A stretch of DNA of 64,000 bases from NCBI GenBank assembly GCA_963662615.2, contig CAXXSR010000001.1, positions 1,280,001 to 1,344,000 on the forward strand. Reading direction: 5' to 3'. The DNA comes from Dehalococcoidia bacterium. GTDB lineage: Bacteria; Chloroflexota; Dehalococcoidia; Bin125. Below the pieces are notes generated by a model that saw only the letters and a program-made list of their open reading frames with translations, ran no database searches and was not told where the DNA came from. Position numbers and translations under genes: made by a program. Shown one piece after another: positions 31,167 through 41,251 of the stretch. Position 1 is the first letter of the stretch. Each line of letters opens with the position of its first letter.

Positions 31167-31991
31167 ATGAGACAACGGAGGACCGGCCGCCGCCAAAGCG
31201 TCGACATGCGCGCGGTCTGGAACCGCATGGCCCGCCCCTACCAGGCGCACTACCGCATCCCCACTGACCAGATTCACTACGGTCCCAACGTCCCCAGCGA
31301 AGACGAGCTGCAGCTGCTGGGCGATCCGCGCGGACGGGACGTCCTGGAGGTCGGCTGCGGCGGCGGGCAGAACGCCGTCGCCTTCAAGAAGCGCGGCGCC
31401 GCGCGTGTCGTTGGCATCGACATCTCCGACAGCCAGATCGCGCACGCGCGCGCGCTCGCCAAGCAGGAAAACGCGGACGTGCAGTTCTATCGTGGCACAG
31501 CAGAGCGGCTCCACCGCTTCAGCGACGCCTCCTTCGACATCGCCATCTCCGCCTATTGCCTCTCCTACGTCGCCGACCTTGCCCGCAGCCTCCGCGAGGT
31601 CTATCGCGTGCTGCGCCCTCACGGTCGCTTCGCCCTCTCGCTGGATCACCCCATCGTCGGGATGACCGGCGACGACGGCGTCACCTTCGAGCGCTCCTAC
31701 TTCCAGCGTGAGGCCGCCTGGTTATGGACCCTACCGGGTGGCGCGAGGGCGCGCGTGCGCGCCTACTACCGCACGGTTGAGGAGATCTTCGACGCCCTCC
31801 GTGCCCCCGGCTTCACTGTGGAGCGCATCATCGAGCCTCCGCACCGGCCGCTCCCAGAGAGCCGCTGGGACGAACCCATGTACACCCAGACGACGTTCCC
31901 AGCCACCATCATCTTCGCCGCGCGCAAGAGCGGCGGCTCGCCAGCGGATCGAACGAAGTCCCACAAGGAGGGCACCTCCGCTAGACTCTGA
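31167..31991 (+). CDS. Class I SAM-dependent methyltransferase
   Basis: VLEVGCGGG, GIDIS, FDIAIS, RVLRPHG. Confidence 0.88.
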   Translation: MRQRRTGRRQSVDMRAVWNRMARPYQAHYRIPTDQIHYGPNVPSEDELQLLGDPRGRDVLEVGCGGGQNAVAFKKRGAARVVGIDISDSQIAHARALAKQENADVQFYRGTAERLHRFSDASFDIAISAYCLSYVADLARSLREVYRVLRPHGRFALSLDHPIVGMTGDDGVTFERSYFQREAAWLWTLPGGARARVRAYYRTVEEIFDALRAPGFTVERIIEPPHRPLPESRWDEPMYTQTTFPATIIFAARKSGGSPADRTKSHKEGTSARL

Positions 31992-32032
31992 CGCACATTC
32001 TCAGCTCTGATAGCGGAAACGGAGGCAGCCCT

Positions 32033-32338
32033 GTGCGGTTCTTGATGAAAGTGACGTTGCCTGTTGAGACTGCCAAGGCCAAGGACGGCACCCTGGGCTC
32101 CACTATTCAAGCGATCCTCGCGGAGCAGCATCCCGAAGCGGCCTACTTCATGGCGGACCAGGGCGAGCGGACAGGGATCCTGATCGTCAACATGGACGAC
32201 ACGTCCCAACTGCCCGCGTTGGCCGAACCGTGGTTCCTCGCCTTCAACGCTGGAGTCGAGCTGCATCCGGTAATGGTCGCTGAGGATCTGGGCAAGGCCG
32301 GGCCCAGCATCGAACAGGCAGTGAAGGCCTACGGCTAA
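32033..32338 (+). CDS. Small conserved hypothetical protein (DUF3303-like)
   Basis: GGAGG SD; PEAAYF..GERTG..LAEPWFL pattern. Confidence 0.7.
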   Translation: MRFLMKVTLPVETAKAKDGTLGSTIQAILAEQHPEAAYFMADQGERTGILIVNMDDTSQLPALAEPWFLAFNAGVELHPVMVAEDLGKAGPSIEQAVKAYG

Positions 32339-32534
32339 ACCGTTCCCGAGCCGGCGAAGCCCAAGGTCCGTTCCCTCCCGTCACCATCCCCGCGACCGTA
32401 TCCTTGGTTGAGCGGACGGCCGCACCCCGGATGCCCTCTCTTCGCGGTCCCGCGGCCGCCATCGCGATTGCCGGGCCTGGGCGTGCGTGCAGGGGACCAA
32501 CAACGAGCTTGAGCCCGCTCGCTCGGGAGGCGTG

Positions 32535-33647
32535 ATGTCGCACCCAAACGACAGCAATCGATTTTGGATCGTGGGCGACGGCAGTGGCCTCGCCCCCGGA
32601 GACAGTTTCCACAAAGAAGAGGTCCAGCTCGCCCTGCGCAACAAGGGGATGCCCCTGGAAGGGCTGCGCTATCCCATCACGCCCACCGGCATGCACTACC
32701 TCCTCGTTCACTTCGACATCCCCAACGTCAACGTCAGGGAATGGCGATTGCGAGTAGAGGGATTGCTCTCCAATCCCTTGAGCTTGAGCCTCAATGACAT
32801 CAAGACGCGCCCCGCCATCACCATCACGGTCACCATGGAATGCGCCGGCAACGGCCGCGCCCTCCTCACGCCCCGTCCCATCAGCCACCCCTGGCTGGTT
32901 GGCGCGGTAGGCACCGCCGAGTGGACGGGCGTCCCCTTGCGGGGGCTCCTGGACGAAGCAGGCCTGCGGGACGACGCCACGGAGATCGTCTTCAGCGGCA
33001 GCGACAGAGGCGTGGAAGGAGGTCACGTCCACGCCTTCGAGCGCAGCCTCAGCCGCGACGAGGCGTGCCGCAACGACGTGATCTTGGCCTACGAGATGAA
33101 CGGTCGGGCGCTCCCGCCTCAGCACGGCTATCCGCTCCGGCTCATCGTGCCCGATTGGTACGGGATGGCGAGCGTGAAGTGGCTGGAGCGCATCGAATCC
33201 CGGAGCGAACCGTTCCCGGGCTACCAGATGACGCAGTCCTATCGCTACGCCAACGACGCGGACGACCCCGGAGAGCCGGTGACGCTGATCCGCGTGCGCG
33301 CCCTGATGGCGCCGCCCGGCATCCCGGATTTCCTGACGCGCGCACGCCTGGTCCCGGCGGGGCCGATCACCCTCTCCGGTCGAGCCTGGGCCGGCCGCGC
33401 CGGTGTCACCCGCGTCGACGTGAGCACGGACGACGGCGTCACCTGGTCACCGGCGCACCTGGACGGGCCGCTCTCGCCGTTCGCCTGGCGCGCCTGGTCC
33501 TTCCACTGGGACGCCTTGCCCTGCCACCACACGCTCTCCGTCCGCCCCACCGACAGACAGGGCGACGTGCAGCCGCTCGCGCCGCGCTGGAACTTCCAGG
33601 GGATGGGAAACAACGCGGTCCAGCGCGTTGCCGTCGTCGTCGAATAG
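32535..33647 (+). CDS. Sulfite oxidase family molybdopterin enzyme
   Basis: MECAGNGR (Mo-ligating Cys), EWTGV, AYEMNG, HGYPLRL, SVKWL, dimerisation domain; no signal peptide or heme domain evident. Confidence 0.92.
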   Translation: MSHPNDSNRFWIVGDGSGLAPGDSFHKEEVQLALRNKGMPLEGLRYPITPTGMHYLLVHFDIPNVNVREWRLRVEGLLSNPLSLSLNDIKTRPAITITVTMECAGNGRALLTPRPISHPWLVGAVGTAEWTGVPLRGLLDEAGLRDDATEIVFSGSDRGVEGGHVHAFERSLSRDEACRNDVILAYEMNGRALPPQHGYPLRLIVPDWYGMASVKWLERIESRSEPFPGYQMTQSYRYANDADDPGEPVTLIRVRALMAPPGIPDFLTRARLVPAGPITLSGRAWAGRAGVTRVDVSTDDGVTWSPAHLDGPLSPFAWRAWSFHWDALPCHHTLSVRPTDRQGDVQPLAPRWNFQGMGNNAVQRVAVVVE

Positions 33648-33699
33648 GGGCGTGAGCGCGGCGGAGCGGCGCGCTCCATTGCTGCCGGTACCGCGACCG

Positions 33700-34101
33700 C
33701 TAGCCGCTGAACGTGGCCGCCCCCGCGCGCGCGCACTCGCCGTCCTGCTCATCGCTGCCGCCGCTGCAGCCCATGCCGCCGATCACCACGCCGCTCTCCC
33801 GGATCGCCGTGCAGCTCTCCGCAAAGAAGATGCGGCCGTGGTAGAGCTGCGCCAGGCTGGGCAGAAACTTCTGCAACTGCGGGGCCTGCAACTCACTGCC
33901 ATCGCGGCGCATCGCCGCGGCCGTGAACGCCTTGGCCTGCGACACCTCCACGCTGATCCAGGGCGCGCCGTCCATGCGGCCGAACGCCGCCAGGCGTCCT
34001 TCCGCGTCCACGACGGCCGTACTGATCTGGATGCCCAGCGCCTTCGCCTTCTCTTGGCTGGCCTCCACCATCGCCTGGGCGGCGGCATACGTCAGCGGCA
34101 T
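33700..34101 (-). CDS. GlcG/HbpS family heme-binding protein
   Basis: AVVDAEG, RMDGA, AKAFTA, GCSGG..EQD. Confidence 0.85.
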   Translation of the reverse strand: MPLTYAAAQAMVEASQEKAKALGIQISTAVVDAEGRLAAFGRMDGAPWISVEVSQAKAFTAAAMRRDGSELQAPQLQKFLPSLAQLYHGRIFFAESCTAIRESGVVIGGMGCSGGSDEQDGECARAGAATFSG

Positions 34102-34236
34102 CGCTCGACTCCCCCCTTTGTCGACGTCCCGGACATCCGGGAGCGATTCGGCTGCGGGCACCGCGCTCGGTAGCGCTCGGCAGCACACGCCAGGCTACCA
34201 TAACCGCCGAGAGCCGACGCTCCCGGAGGTTCGCGC

Positions 34237-34737
34237 ATGGCAGGCGCCAAGGGGCCCTCGCCGCTGCACCGATTCCTCGCCGCCCGACTGCTCCTCTGCG
34301 CCGCCGGGGGCGTCCTCATCGCCGTCGGATCATTCCTCCCCTGGTCGCAGGTCACGCTCCCCTTCCTGGGCACGATCTCTTTGAGCGGCTTCGATACTGG
34401 GCGCAACGGAGACCTCACGCTCCCCCTCGGCCTGGCTCTCCTGGCGTTGACGTTGCCACCAGAGGGCGCGCTGTTGCGGCTGAGCGGACTGCTGGGCCTC
34501 GGCATCGCCATCGCCGTTATTGCCGTGGCCGTGACAGACCCCTTTGAACTGCTCGACCGCCAGGCGCTCATCGACCAGCTCGGGGTAGACCTCATCATCG
34601 ACACCGGCGTCGGCGTCGGTCTGATCCTCGTGATCGTTGGCGGTGCAATCGGCGCCTTGGGAATGGCCATGGCCGTCGTCGCCGGCCCGGGCGGCTGGGA
34701 GCGGAGCTTCCCGGCCCGGCTGCGTCCGGCCCGCTAG
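34237..34737 (+). CDS. Hypothetical membrane protein (about 4 TM)
   Basis: GGAGGT SD; GSFLPW motif and hydrophobic segments. Confidence 0.7.
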   Translation: MAGAKGPSPLHRFLAARLLLCAAGGVLIAVGSFLPWSQVTLPFLGTISLSGFDTGRNGDLTLPLGLALLALTLPPEGALLRLSGLLGLGIAIAVIAVAVTDPFELLDRQALIDQLGVDLIIDTGVGVGLILVIVGGAIGALGMAMAVVAGPGGWERSFPARLRPAR

Positions 34738-34846
34738 TTCGTCGGTCGCGTGCTCTCCACCATCCACTCCCGGTAGGGCTCGGCTGCGTGCCGGCATCTC
34801 CGGGGGCTGCCTGCTGGACGCGAGCGGGCTACGCTTTGCAATCGGC

Positions 34847-35728
34847 ATGCGCATCACCATCCGCGACCATGTGATCGACTGCACGGACCGCACCGCCATT
34901 ATGGCGGTCCTTAACCTCGCTACCGATTCGCCTGTGCGAGAGTCGGTCGTTGCCGTCGACGAGGCGGTCCGGCGCGCCGCCGCCCTGCGCGACGCCGGCG
35001 CCGAAATCATCGACGTAGGCGCTCATTCCACTCGCACCGGCGGTGAGACGGTCACCCCGCAGGGCGAGATCGACCGGCTCTGCCCCGTGGTCGAAGCGCT
35101 GCGGGCGCAGGATCACCTGATCTCCGTGGATACGTGGACGGCAAGCGTCGCGCGCGCGGCGGCCCAGGCCGGCGCCGATCTTCTCAACGACGTCTCGGCC
35201 GGCAGCGATCCCGAGATGGCCCGCGTAGCGGCCGATTTCCAGCTGCCGCTCATCATCATGCACATGCGCGGCCGGCCCAAAGAGCACCGCCGCGCCGACC
35301 AGCGCTACAACGATGTCGCCGGCGAGGTCCGCGACTTCTTGGCGCAACGCGCGGCCGCACTCACCGCCGGCGGCGTTGGTGAAGTCTGGCTAGATCCCGG
35401 CTTCGAGTTTGCCAAGACTGCGCCGGACAACGTGCGCCTGCTCCTGGACCTTCCCAACCTCTTGAGGCTGGGGCGGCCGATCGTGATCTCCGCCTCGCGC
35501 AAGAGCTTCCTGGCGGAGCTGCTGGGCCATCCCAAGCTGCCGTCCTCGGAAGTGCAAGCGCTCGACGGCCTCCTCGAGGCCACCCTCGCCTTCAACGCGC
35601 TGGCCGCCTACTTGGGCACGCACATCGTCCGCGTGCACGACGTCCCCGCCACCGCAGCAACGCTTCGTGTCGTCAACGCGGTGCGGGCGCAGCGGCGCCA
35701 GGAGAGGCCAAGCGATGCGCGCGGCTAA
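34847..35728 (+). CDS. folP: Dihydropteroate synthase
   Basis: IMAVLN..DS, IIDVG, ISVDT, LNDVS, MHMRG, DPGF, SRKSF, IVRVHDV. Confidence 0.93.
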   Translation: MRITIRDHVIDCTDRTAIMAVLNLATDSPVRESVVAVDEAVRRAAALRDAGAEIIDVGAHSTRTGGETVTPQGEIDRLCPVVEALRAQDHLISVDTWTASVARAAAQAGADLLNDVSAGSDPEMARVAADFQLPLIIMHMRGRPKEHRRADQRYNDVAGEVRDFLAQRAAALTAGGVGEVWLDPGFEFAKTAPDNVRLLLDLPNLLRLGRPIVISASRKSFLAELLGHPKLPSSEVQALDGLLEATLAFNALAAYLGTHIVRVHDVPATAATLRVVNAVRAQRRQERPSDARG

Positions 35729-35883
35729 TCTCCAGCGCGCTCAGCGCCCCCTCTGCCTCCGCGCGAGCGCCGTCTCTCAAGCCGCCGTCTCTTGAGTGAA
35801 ACACGGCTCGCAGAGCGCAGCCAGATGGCGGACTAGACTAGAAAGAGGAACCACAGAGGCGCACCCAGACAAGGATTATTCGT

Positions 35884-36729
35884 GTGACCACGACCCCGGT
35901 TGTCGACGCCGCCGACGCCACCTTCGCCAGCGATGTGATCGAGCGCTCCAATGAGCTGCCCGTCGTGGTGGATTTCTGGGCGCCTTGGTGCGGGCCTTGC
36001 CGCCTGCTCGGCCCTCTCCTCGAACAGGTCGCCGGCGAGTACGCCGGACAGGTCCAGCTCGTCAAGGTCAACACCGACGAGAATCCCCAGGTCTCCCTCC
36101 GCTACCGCATTCAAGGCATCCCGGCCGTGATCGCCTTCCGCGGAGGAGAGCCCATCAACCAGTTCGTGGGGGCGCTGCCGGAGCCGGAGGTCCGCCACTT
36201 CTTCCAGGCGATCGTCCCCTCCGACGTCGATCGCAAAGTCGCGGAGGCGGAGCAGCTCCTCCACCAGGGCCAGCCCGGCGCGGCGCGAGCAGCCTTCGAG
36301 GCGGTCCTGGGGGACGACCCAGAGCATCAGGCCGCCTCGCTCGGCCTGGCCTCGCTCCTCGCCACCACCGGCGAATACGATCGGGCCACCACATTGGCGT
36401 CGAAATGGCCGGGCGACCCCGCCGCCAAGCGCGTGCTCGGCATCGTCAACTTTCAGCGCGCTGCCGGCGACGCCGACGCCGCCACCCTAGTGGCCCGCCT
36501 TGCCGCCAACGACGCCGACTCGGACGCGCACTACAAGCTCGGCAACGTGCTCGCGGTGCAGGGAGACTGGCCCAGCGCGCTGGAGCACCTGCTCGCCACC
36601 GTCCGGCTCGACCGCAGCCTGGAGAACGACGGCGGCCGCGTCCGCCTCCTGGATGCCTTCAACGTCCTAGGCGAAGGCGACGCACTGACCCAGGAGTACC
36701 GCCGCAAGTTGGGGGCGCTGCTCTTCTAG
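35884..36729 (+). CDS. Thioredoxin with a C-terminal TPR domain (YbbN/CnoX-like)
   Basis: DFWAPWCGPC, TPR-like helices, terminal YRRKL..LLF. Confidence 0.92.
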   Translation: MTTTPVVDAADATFASDVIERSNELPVVVDFWAPWCGPCRLLGPLLEQVAGEYAGQVQLVKVNTDENPQVSLRYRIQGIPAVIAFRGGEPINQFVGALPEPEVRHFFQAIVPSDVDRKVAEAEQLLHQGQPGAARAAFEAVLGDDPEHQAASLGLASLLATTGEYDRATTLASKWPGDPAAKRVLGIVNFQRAAGDADAATLVARLAANDADSDAHYKLGNVLAVQGDWPSALEHLLATVRLDRSLENDGGRVRLLDAFNVLGEGDALTQEYRRKLGALLF

Positions 36730-37118
36730 CTCTCCCCGTTGCCCGGACTCTCCAACCGCTCTTCGTCGCCGTCGTCCTCACGCTCTCGCTTCGCCCACGC
36801 CCAGGCGAAAAGAATAGCAGTGGCCGCAACGAAGACCGCCGGTATGAAGATCGCGACGGCCAGGTCCTCGTCGCTGACAGCGAATTCGTCGTCCGCGGCG
36901 GCGGCCGAGGACGCGGCACCCAGCGCCGCTTCCTCGGCGGCCGAGGCCGCCGGAGCGGACAGCAGGGCGAGCAGCAAGAGCAGCGTGAAAAGGCCCGCCG
37001 CGGCCGCTGCTCGCAGCGTCCCCCGCTTCCACGGCCAGGCCGGCGGTTGCCCCAGGCTCACGATCCCCCTCATCGACGCCGATAACGCCAGTGTGGTCGC
37101 TGCCTCCCTGCCGGTCAA
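36726..37118 (-). CDS. Hypothetical small membrane protein
   Basis: Signal-like hydrophobic stretch plus C-terminal TM and charged tail; start uncertain. Confidence 0.5.
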   Translation of the reverse strand: MTGREAATTLALSASMRGIVSLGQPPAWPWKRGTLRAAAAAGLFTLLLLLALLSAPAASAAEEAALGAASSAAAADDEFAVSDEDLAVAIFIPAVFVAATAILFAWAWAKREREDDGDEERLESPGNGES

Positions 37119-37238
37119 CCGCGCCTTGCCGCCGCCCGCGCCTGCGGGCAGCCGCCACCGCGTCGATGATCAGAGGACGCCAGCGCGCCGGGCGTTTCGC
37201 TCCGGCCTCCGCCGCTGCGCGCGGGAAACGGGAAGCGC

Positions 37239-39638
37239 ATGCCCTCTTTGCGCGCAGCCGCCGACGTGCGACGGGCGGCCATCGCCATCGCCCTTACCCT
37301 CGCAACAGTGCTCGTCGTGGCCGCGGCCGTCGCCCCACCACTACGCACGCACGCACAGACGCTCACACAGATCACTTTCGTCAGCGCCTCCCGTGCCCCC
37401 TCCGCGGTCACCGCCGGCAGCACCGACGTCCCCTTCCTCAACCTCACTGCGACCGTCTCCGCCGCGACCGCACGCATTGACCGGCTCACCCGCACCGGCA
37501 CGGCCGCTGACGGCGATACCGCCGTCGACGGCATCCGGCTCTGGTTTGACGCCAACGGCAATGGGCTCGTGGACGGCGTCGATCAACTCCTGGACACCGC
37601 AACATTCCTCCAGGGCGTCGCGCTCCTGAAACCGGACTTCGTTGTCGCCTGGACCGCGCCAGCCCTGCTCATCGTCACCGTCGACGTTCGCCCCACCGCT
37701 GGCGCAGGTTCGACCTTGGGCCTCCAGATCGACAGCGCCACTAGCCTCTCCCTCTCCGCCGACGCGCTGATCGCCGGCGACTTCCCGGCCGACTCCGGAC
37801 TGGCCACCATTCTCGCCCTGCCGGACTCGCCCTCTACGGTGGGAGCCGGTACCTCCGTCTCGGGCAACACCACCACCACGGTCCAGACCGCGGACGGCCT
37901 CATCACGGCGACGGTTCCCGCCGGAGCAACCGCCGTCGATCTGATCGTATCGCTCGCCTTGGTGGACTCGGCGCTGCTGCCGGACCGCCCGGGAACGCCG
38001 GCGAGCGCCGCCTATCGCTTGACCTGGAGCGCCACCGACGGCGCCACGCCGCAGGTGCTCGCCGCAGCCGTTCGCATTGAACTGGACCTCGCCGCGATCA
38101 TGCAGGGCGGAGAGGACCATTCTCAGCTCACCGTGATCGCCCTGACCGCCAATGGCGCCTGGCAGGCGCTGCCCTCCACACTCTCGGCCGACGGACTGCG
38201 TCTTATCATCTCCGTGTCCGTCGAAGTGACGTTCTCCCTCGTCATCCTTCCGGGTGCCGTAGCCGATCTCCTCCCGCCGGCAGGCGGCGTCGTGGTGTCG
38301 GCTGACGGGACGGCTCAAGCCATCCTGCCCGCCGGCGCCGTGACCGAGCCGGTGCTGTTGAGCCTGACGCCGTCCCACGCGCCCGCCCCCACGCTCCCCG
38401 GCAGCAGCCGCGCCGTGGGCACTCCGCTGGCGTTCCGTCAGCAGAACCCCGCAACAGGAGAGCCCGCCGATCTGTCCGCCCCCATCACACTGGCCCTGCA
38501 GACGCCGGACCTGAGCGACGTTCCCGGCTGCGAGAGCCCCTGCGCCGTCGCCGTGTATGCCATCCCGAGCGACGGCGGCACGCCGGTCCCCGTGCCCTCC
38601 CGCCTCAGCAACGACGGCCTCCACGTCCTCATAGACGTTTCCGTGGACGTCACGCTGGTCCTGGTCGCCGGGCCCGACATCGCCAGCGGTACCATCGCCG
38701 CCGGCGCCGCCGGCGTCGTCGTCAGCGTCGACGGACGCATCCGGCTTGCCGCGCCGGCCGGCGCCGAAGATCTCACCGTCACGGTCGGGCCCGTGGTGCT
38801 GGACCCGGCCATCGCCGCGCAGGTCGGCTCGGACCTCGTGTTCGCCCCGCAGCACGTCGCCTTTGCCGAAGGCGCCGCTGGCGCGGGGCGCTCCGGTCGC
38901 GAGACGACGCTTGAGATCGCCCTCGACGCGCTCGCGCCCAACGTCGATCCCGCGCAGCTCCAGGCCTTCGGAGTGCCTGCCCATGCCGCCAACGCGGACG
39001 CCGCCACGCCCCGCCTGCTTCCGGCCGTTGTTGACACGGATGCGGACCTCGTCCGCATCGCCGTCAACGTCGACACGACGGTGTTCCTGACACAATTCGC
39101 TGCTTGCCGCGGGGTACCGCTGGAGGCGGGGTGGAATCTGGTCACGTTTAGCGGCCCCGAAGGAATGCCGGCGCCATTCCTCCACACCTTGCTCGGTGAC
39201 CGCCTCATTGCCGTGGACCGCTGGAACGCCGGCGACCGCCGCTACGACACCTATTTCCCTGCCCTCCCAATATCGCAATCGCTCCAGCGCTTCCGGGCGG
39301 AGGACGCGCTCTGGGTCCTCATCGCGGACGGCCCTGCACTGGCCTGGTGCATGGCGGATACACCGCCCGCCTCCCGCTCGGTCGCACTCCACCCTGGCTG
39401 GAACCTGGTCTCGTGGGCGGGGCCGGATACGCCGGCGCCCGAACTCCTGGCGCCGCTTCGCCACGACCTCATCTCGGTCTTCGTCTGGGACCCTCACACT
39501 GCCAGCTTGAACCCCCTCCTGCTGGCCATTGGCCCCATCTTCCCTACGCTGGTGAGCACCCGCGATGCGATGTGGCTCCTGGTCGCTGGGGACATCCCCG
39601 TCACCTGGAACCAGCCCGGCGCGGGCCCCGGAGGCTGA
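37239..39638 (+). CDS. Large secreted surface protein with C-terminal GWNLV repeats
   Basis: Signal peptide; repeated [ST]xDG beta modules; PLEAGWNLVTFSGP and LHPGWNLVSWAGP repeats. Confidence 0.8.
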   Translation: MPSLRAAADVRRAAIAIALTLATVLVVAAAVAPPLRTHAQTLTQITFVSASRAPSAVTAGSTDVPFLNLTATVSAATARIDRLTRTGTAADGDTAVDGIRLWFDANGNGLVDGVDQLLDTATFLQGVALLKPDFVVAWTAPALLIVTVDVRPTAGAGSTLGLQIDSATSLSLSADALIAGDFPADSGLATILALPDSPSTVGAGTSVSGNTTTTVQTADGLITATVPAGATAVDLIVSLALVDSALLPDRPGTPASAAYRLTWSATDGATPQVLAAAVRIELDLAAIMQGGEDHSQLTVIALTANGAWQALPSTLSADGLRLIISVSVEVTFSLVILPGAVADLLPPAGGVVVSADGTAQAILPAGAVTEPVLLSLTPSHAPAPTLPGSSRAVGTPLAFRQQNPATGEPADLSAPITLALQTPDLSDVPGCESPCAVAVYAIPSDGGTPVPVPSRLSNDGLHVLIDVSVDVTLVLVAGPDIASGTIAAGAAGVVVSVDGRIRLAAPAGAEDLTVTVGPVVLDPAIAAQVGSDLVFAPQHVAFAEGAAGAGRSGRETTLEIALDALAPNVDPAQLQAFGVPAHAANADAATPRLLPAVVDTDADLVRIAVNVDTTVFLTQFAACRGVPLEAGWNLVTFSGPEGMPAPFLHTLLGDRLIAVDRWNAGDRRYDTYFPALPISQSLQRFRAEDALWVLIADGPALAWCMADTPPASRSVALHPGWNLVSWAGPDTPAPELLAPLRHDLISVFVWDPHTASLNPLLLAIGPIFPTLVSTRDAMWLLVAGDIPVTWNQPGAGPGG

Positions 39639-39673
39639 CGCCGAGCCCGAAGCCCGTAGGCTACACTGCCCGC

Positions 39674-41239
39674 ATGAACCCGCCCGGCGCCTTCACCCTG
39701 AGCGACGATCAGGGCACGGCCCACCACTTCCCCAACCACACGCCCACGCTCTTGGCCTTCGTCAAAGAGGACTGCGAGACCTGCGATCTGACGCTCCCCT
39801 TGATCGAGGCGATTCATCAAGCGGCGGGAACCGGCGTTGACGTCGTCGCCATCGCCCAGGGGAGCGCCGACATCCCCGTCCTGCGAGATCGGCACCACCT
39901 GACCATGCCCATGCTGGACGACGCCGGCCTCGACGTCTCTTACGAGGCCGACCTGGATACCGTGCCCTCGCTGTTCCTCTACGACGCCGACGGCCACTGT
40001 CGCTTCCAAACCTACGGCTTCGACAAGGACCAGTGGCAGGAACTCACGACGGCCACCATGCAGATGGCCGCCAACTCTCAAGCGGCGCCCTCCATCAACT
40101 GGGACGCGCTGCCCAATCTCAAGCCCGGCTGCGGCGCCCGCAACGTCGATCCCGATGTGGCGGTACGGCTGGCTGCCCGCAAGAGCGGCGGCCTCCGCGC
40201 CCGAGTCATCGATATCGGCGCGCACGACGACGTGCACGAATTCCTTTTCGACCAGGGCTTCACGGACGGCCTCGCCGTTGTCCCACCCACCGCGGAGCGC
40301 GTCTGGCGAATGCTCCAGGGCACCAAGCGCGATCCGCAGGAGGTCGTGGCGGAAGTGCCGCCGAACCTCGCTCCCGCCACCGTGGAGAAAATCGCGATCA
40401 ACGCCGTCATGGCCGGCGCCAAGCCGGAGTACCTGCCCGTCATCCTGACCGCCGTGGAAGCCGCCTGCACCGACGAGTTCAATATCCACGGCGTCCTCGG
40501 CACCACCTGGGTCTCGGGACCCGTCATCGTGGTCAACGGCCCCATCCGTCACCGTCTGGGCATGAACATGAAGATGAACGTGCTGGGCCAGGGCAATCGC
40601 GCCAATTCCACCATCGGGCGCGCCCTCCAGTTGGTGATACGGAACGTCGGCGGCGGCCGGCCCGGTGAGGTCGATCGCGCAGCCCAGGGCGGCCCTCACA
40701 AGGTCGGTTTCTGTTTTCCCGAGTGGGAGGAGCGATCGCCCTGGGAGCCGCTCCACGTGGAACGCGGCTTCGCCCCCAGCGATTCCACCGTCACCCTCTT
40801 CGCCGGCAACGGACCGCAGCCGGTCGCCGACCAGCGGTCGCGCAACGCCGCATCGCTCGTGGCCAGCTTCGCCCTCAGCCTAGAGACGCACTGGCACCGG
40901 AAGCTGCGCAATCTGGGCGAGGTCATGGTCGTGGTGTCGCCGGAACATGTCGACACCATCGCCGCCAGCGGCTGGAGCAAGGACCAGGTTCGTCGCCACA
41001 TCCAGACGGCCATCGCGCGGCCGGCTCGGGACGTGCTCGGCGACGAAGACTGCGCCGAAGGCGTTCCGTCCGCGCTCGCCGGGGATGACCTCGATCGCAA
41101 GTTGCCGAAGTTCCGCGACGACTCGATGATCAATCTCGTCGTTGCCGGCGGCGAGGCGGGGATGTTCTCCGTAATCCTGGGCGGCTGGGCCAGCGGCCCC
41201 GGCGGATCGATCAGCACGACGCGCAAGATCGAAGAATAG
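39674..41239 (+). CDS. Redoxin (CxxC) domain fused to a conserved domain of unknown function
   Basis: FVKEDCETC and TVPSLF thioredoxin-fold motifs; then GFTDGLAVVPPT.ERV, TVEKIAINAVMAG, GNRANSTIGRAL. Confidence 0.85.
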   Translation: MNPPGAFTLSDDQGTAHHFPNHTPTLLAFVKEDCETCDLTLPLIEAIHQAAGTGVDVVAIAQGSADIPVLRDRHHLTMPMLDDAGLDVSYEADLDTVPSLFLYDADGHCRFQTYGFDKDQWQELTTATMQMAANSQAAPSINWDALPNLKPGCGARNVDPDVAVRLAARKSGGLRARVIDIGAHDDVHEFLFDQGFTDGLAVVPPTAERVWRMLQGTKRDPQEVVAEVPPNLAPATVEKIAINAVMAGAKPEYLPVILTAVEAACTDEFNIHGVLGTTWVSGPVIVVNGPIRHRLGMNMKMNVLGQGNRANSTIGRALQLVIRNVGGGRPGEVDRAAQGGPHKVGFCFPEWEERSPWEPLHVERGFAPSDSTVTLFAGNGPQPVADQRSRNAASLVASFALSLETHWHRKLRNLGEVMVVVSPEHVDTIAASGWSKDQVRRHIQTAIARPARDVLGDEDCAEGVPSALAGDDLDRKLPKFRDDSMINLVVAGGEAGMFSVILGGWASGPGGSISTTRKIEE

Positions 41240-41251
41240 GGGGCGCCAATC

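Noticed and set aside
12037-34800. Genomic island integrated at tRNA-Asp
   Set aside because: Accessory-looking genes follow the tRNA, but I saw no integrase, transposase or duplicated tRNA 3' end.
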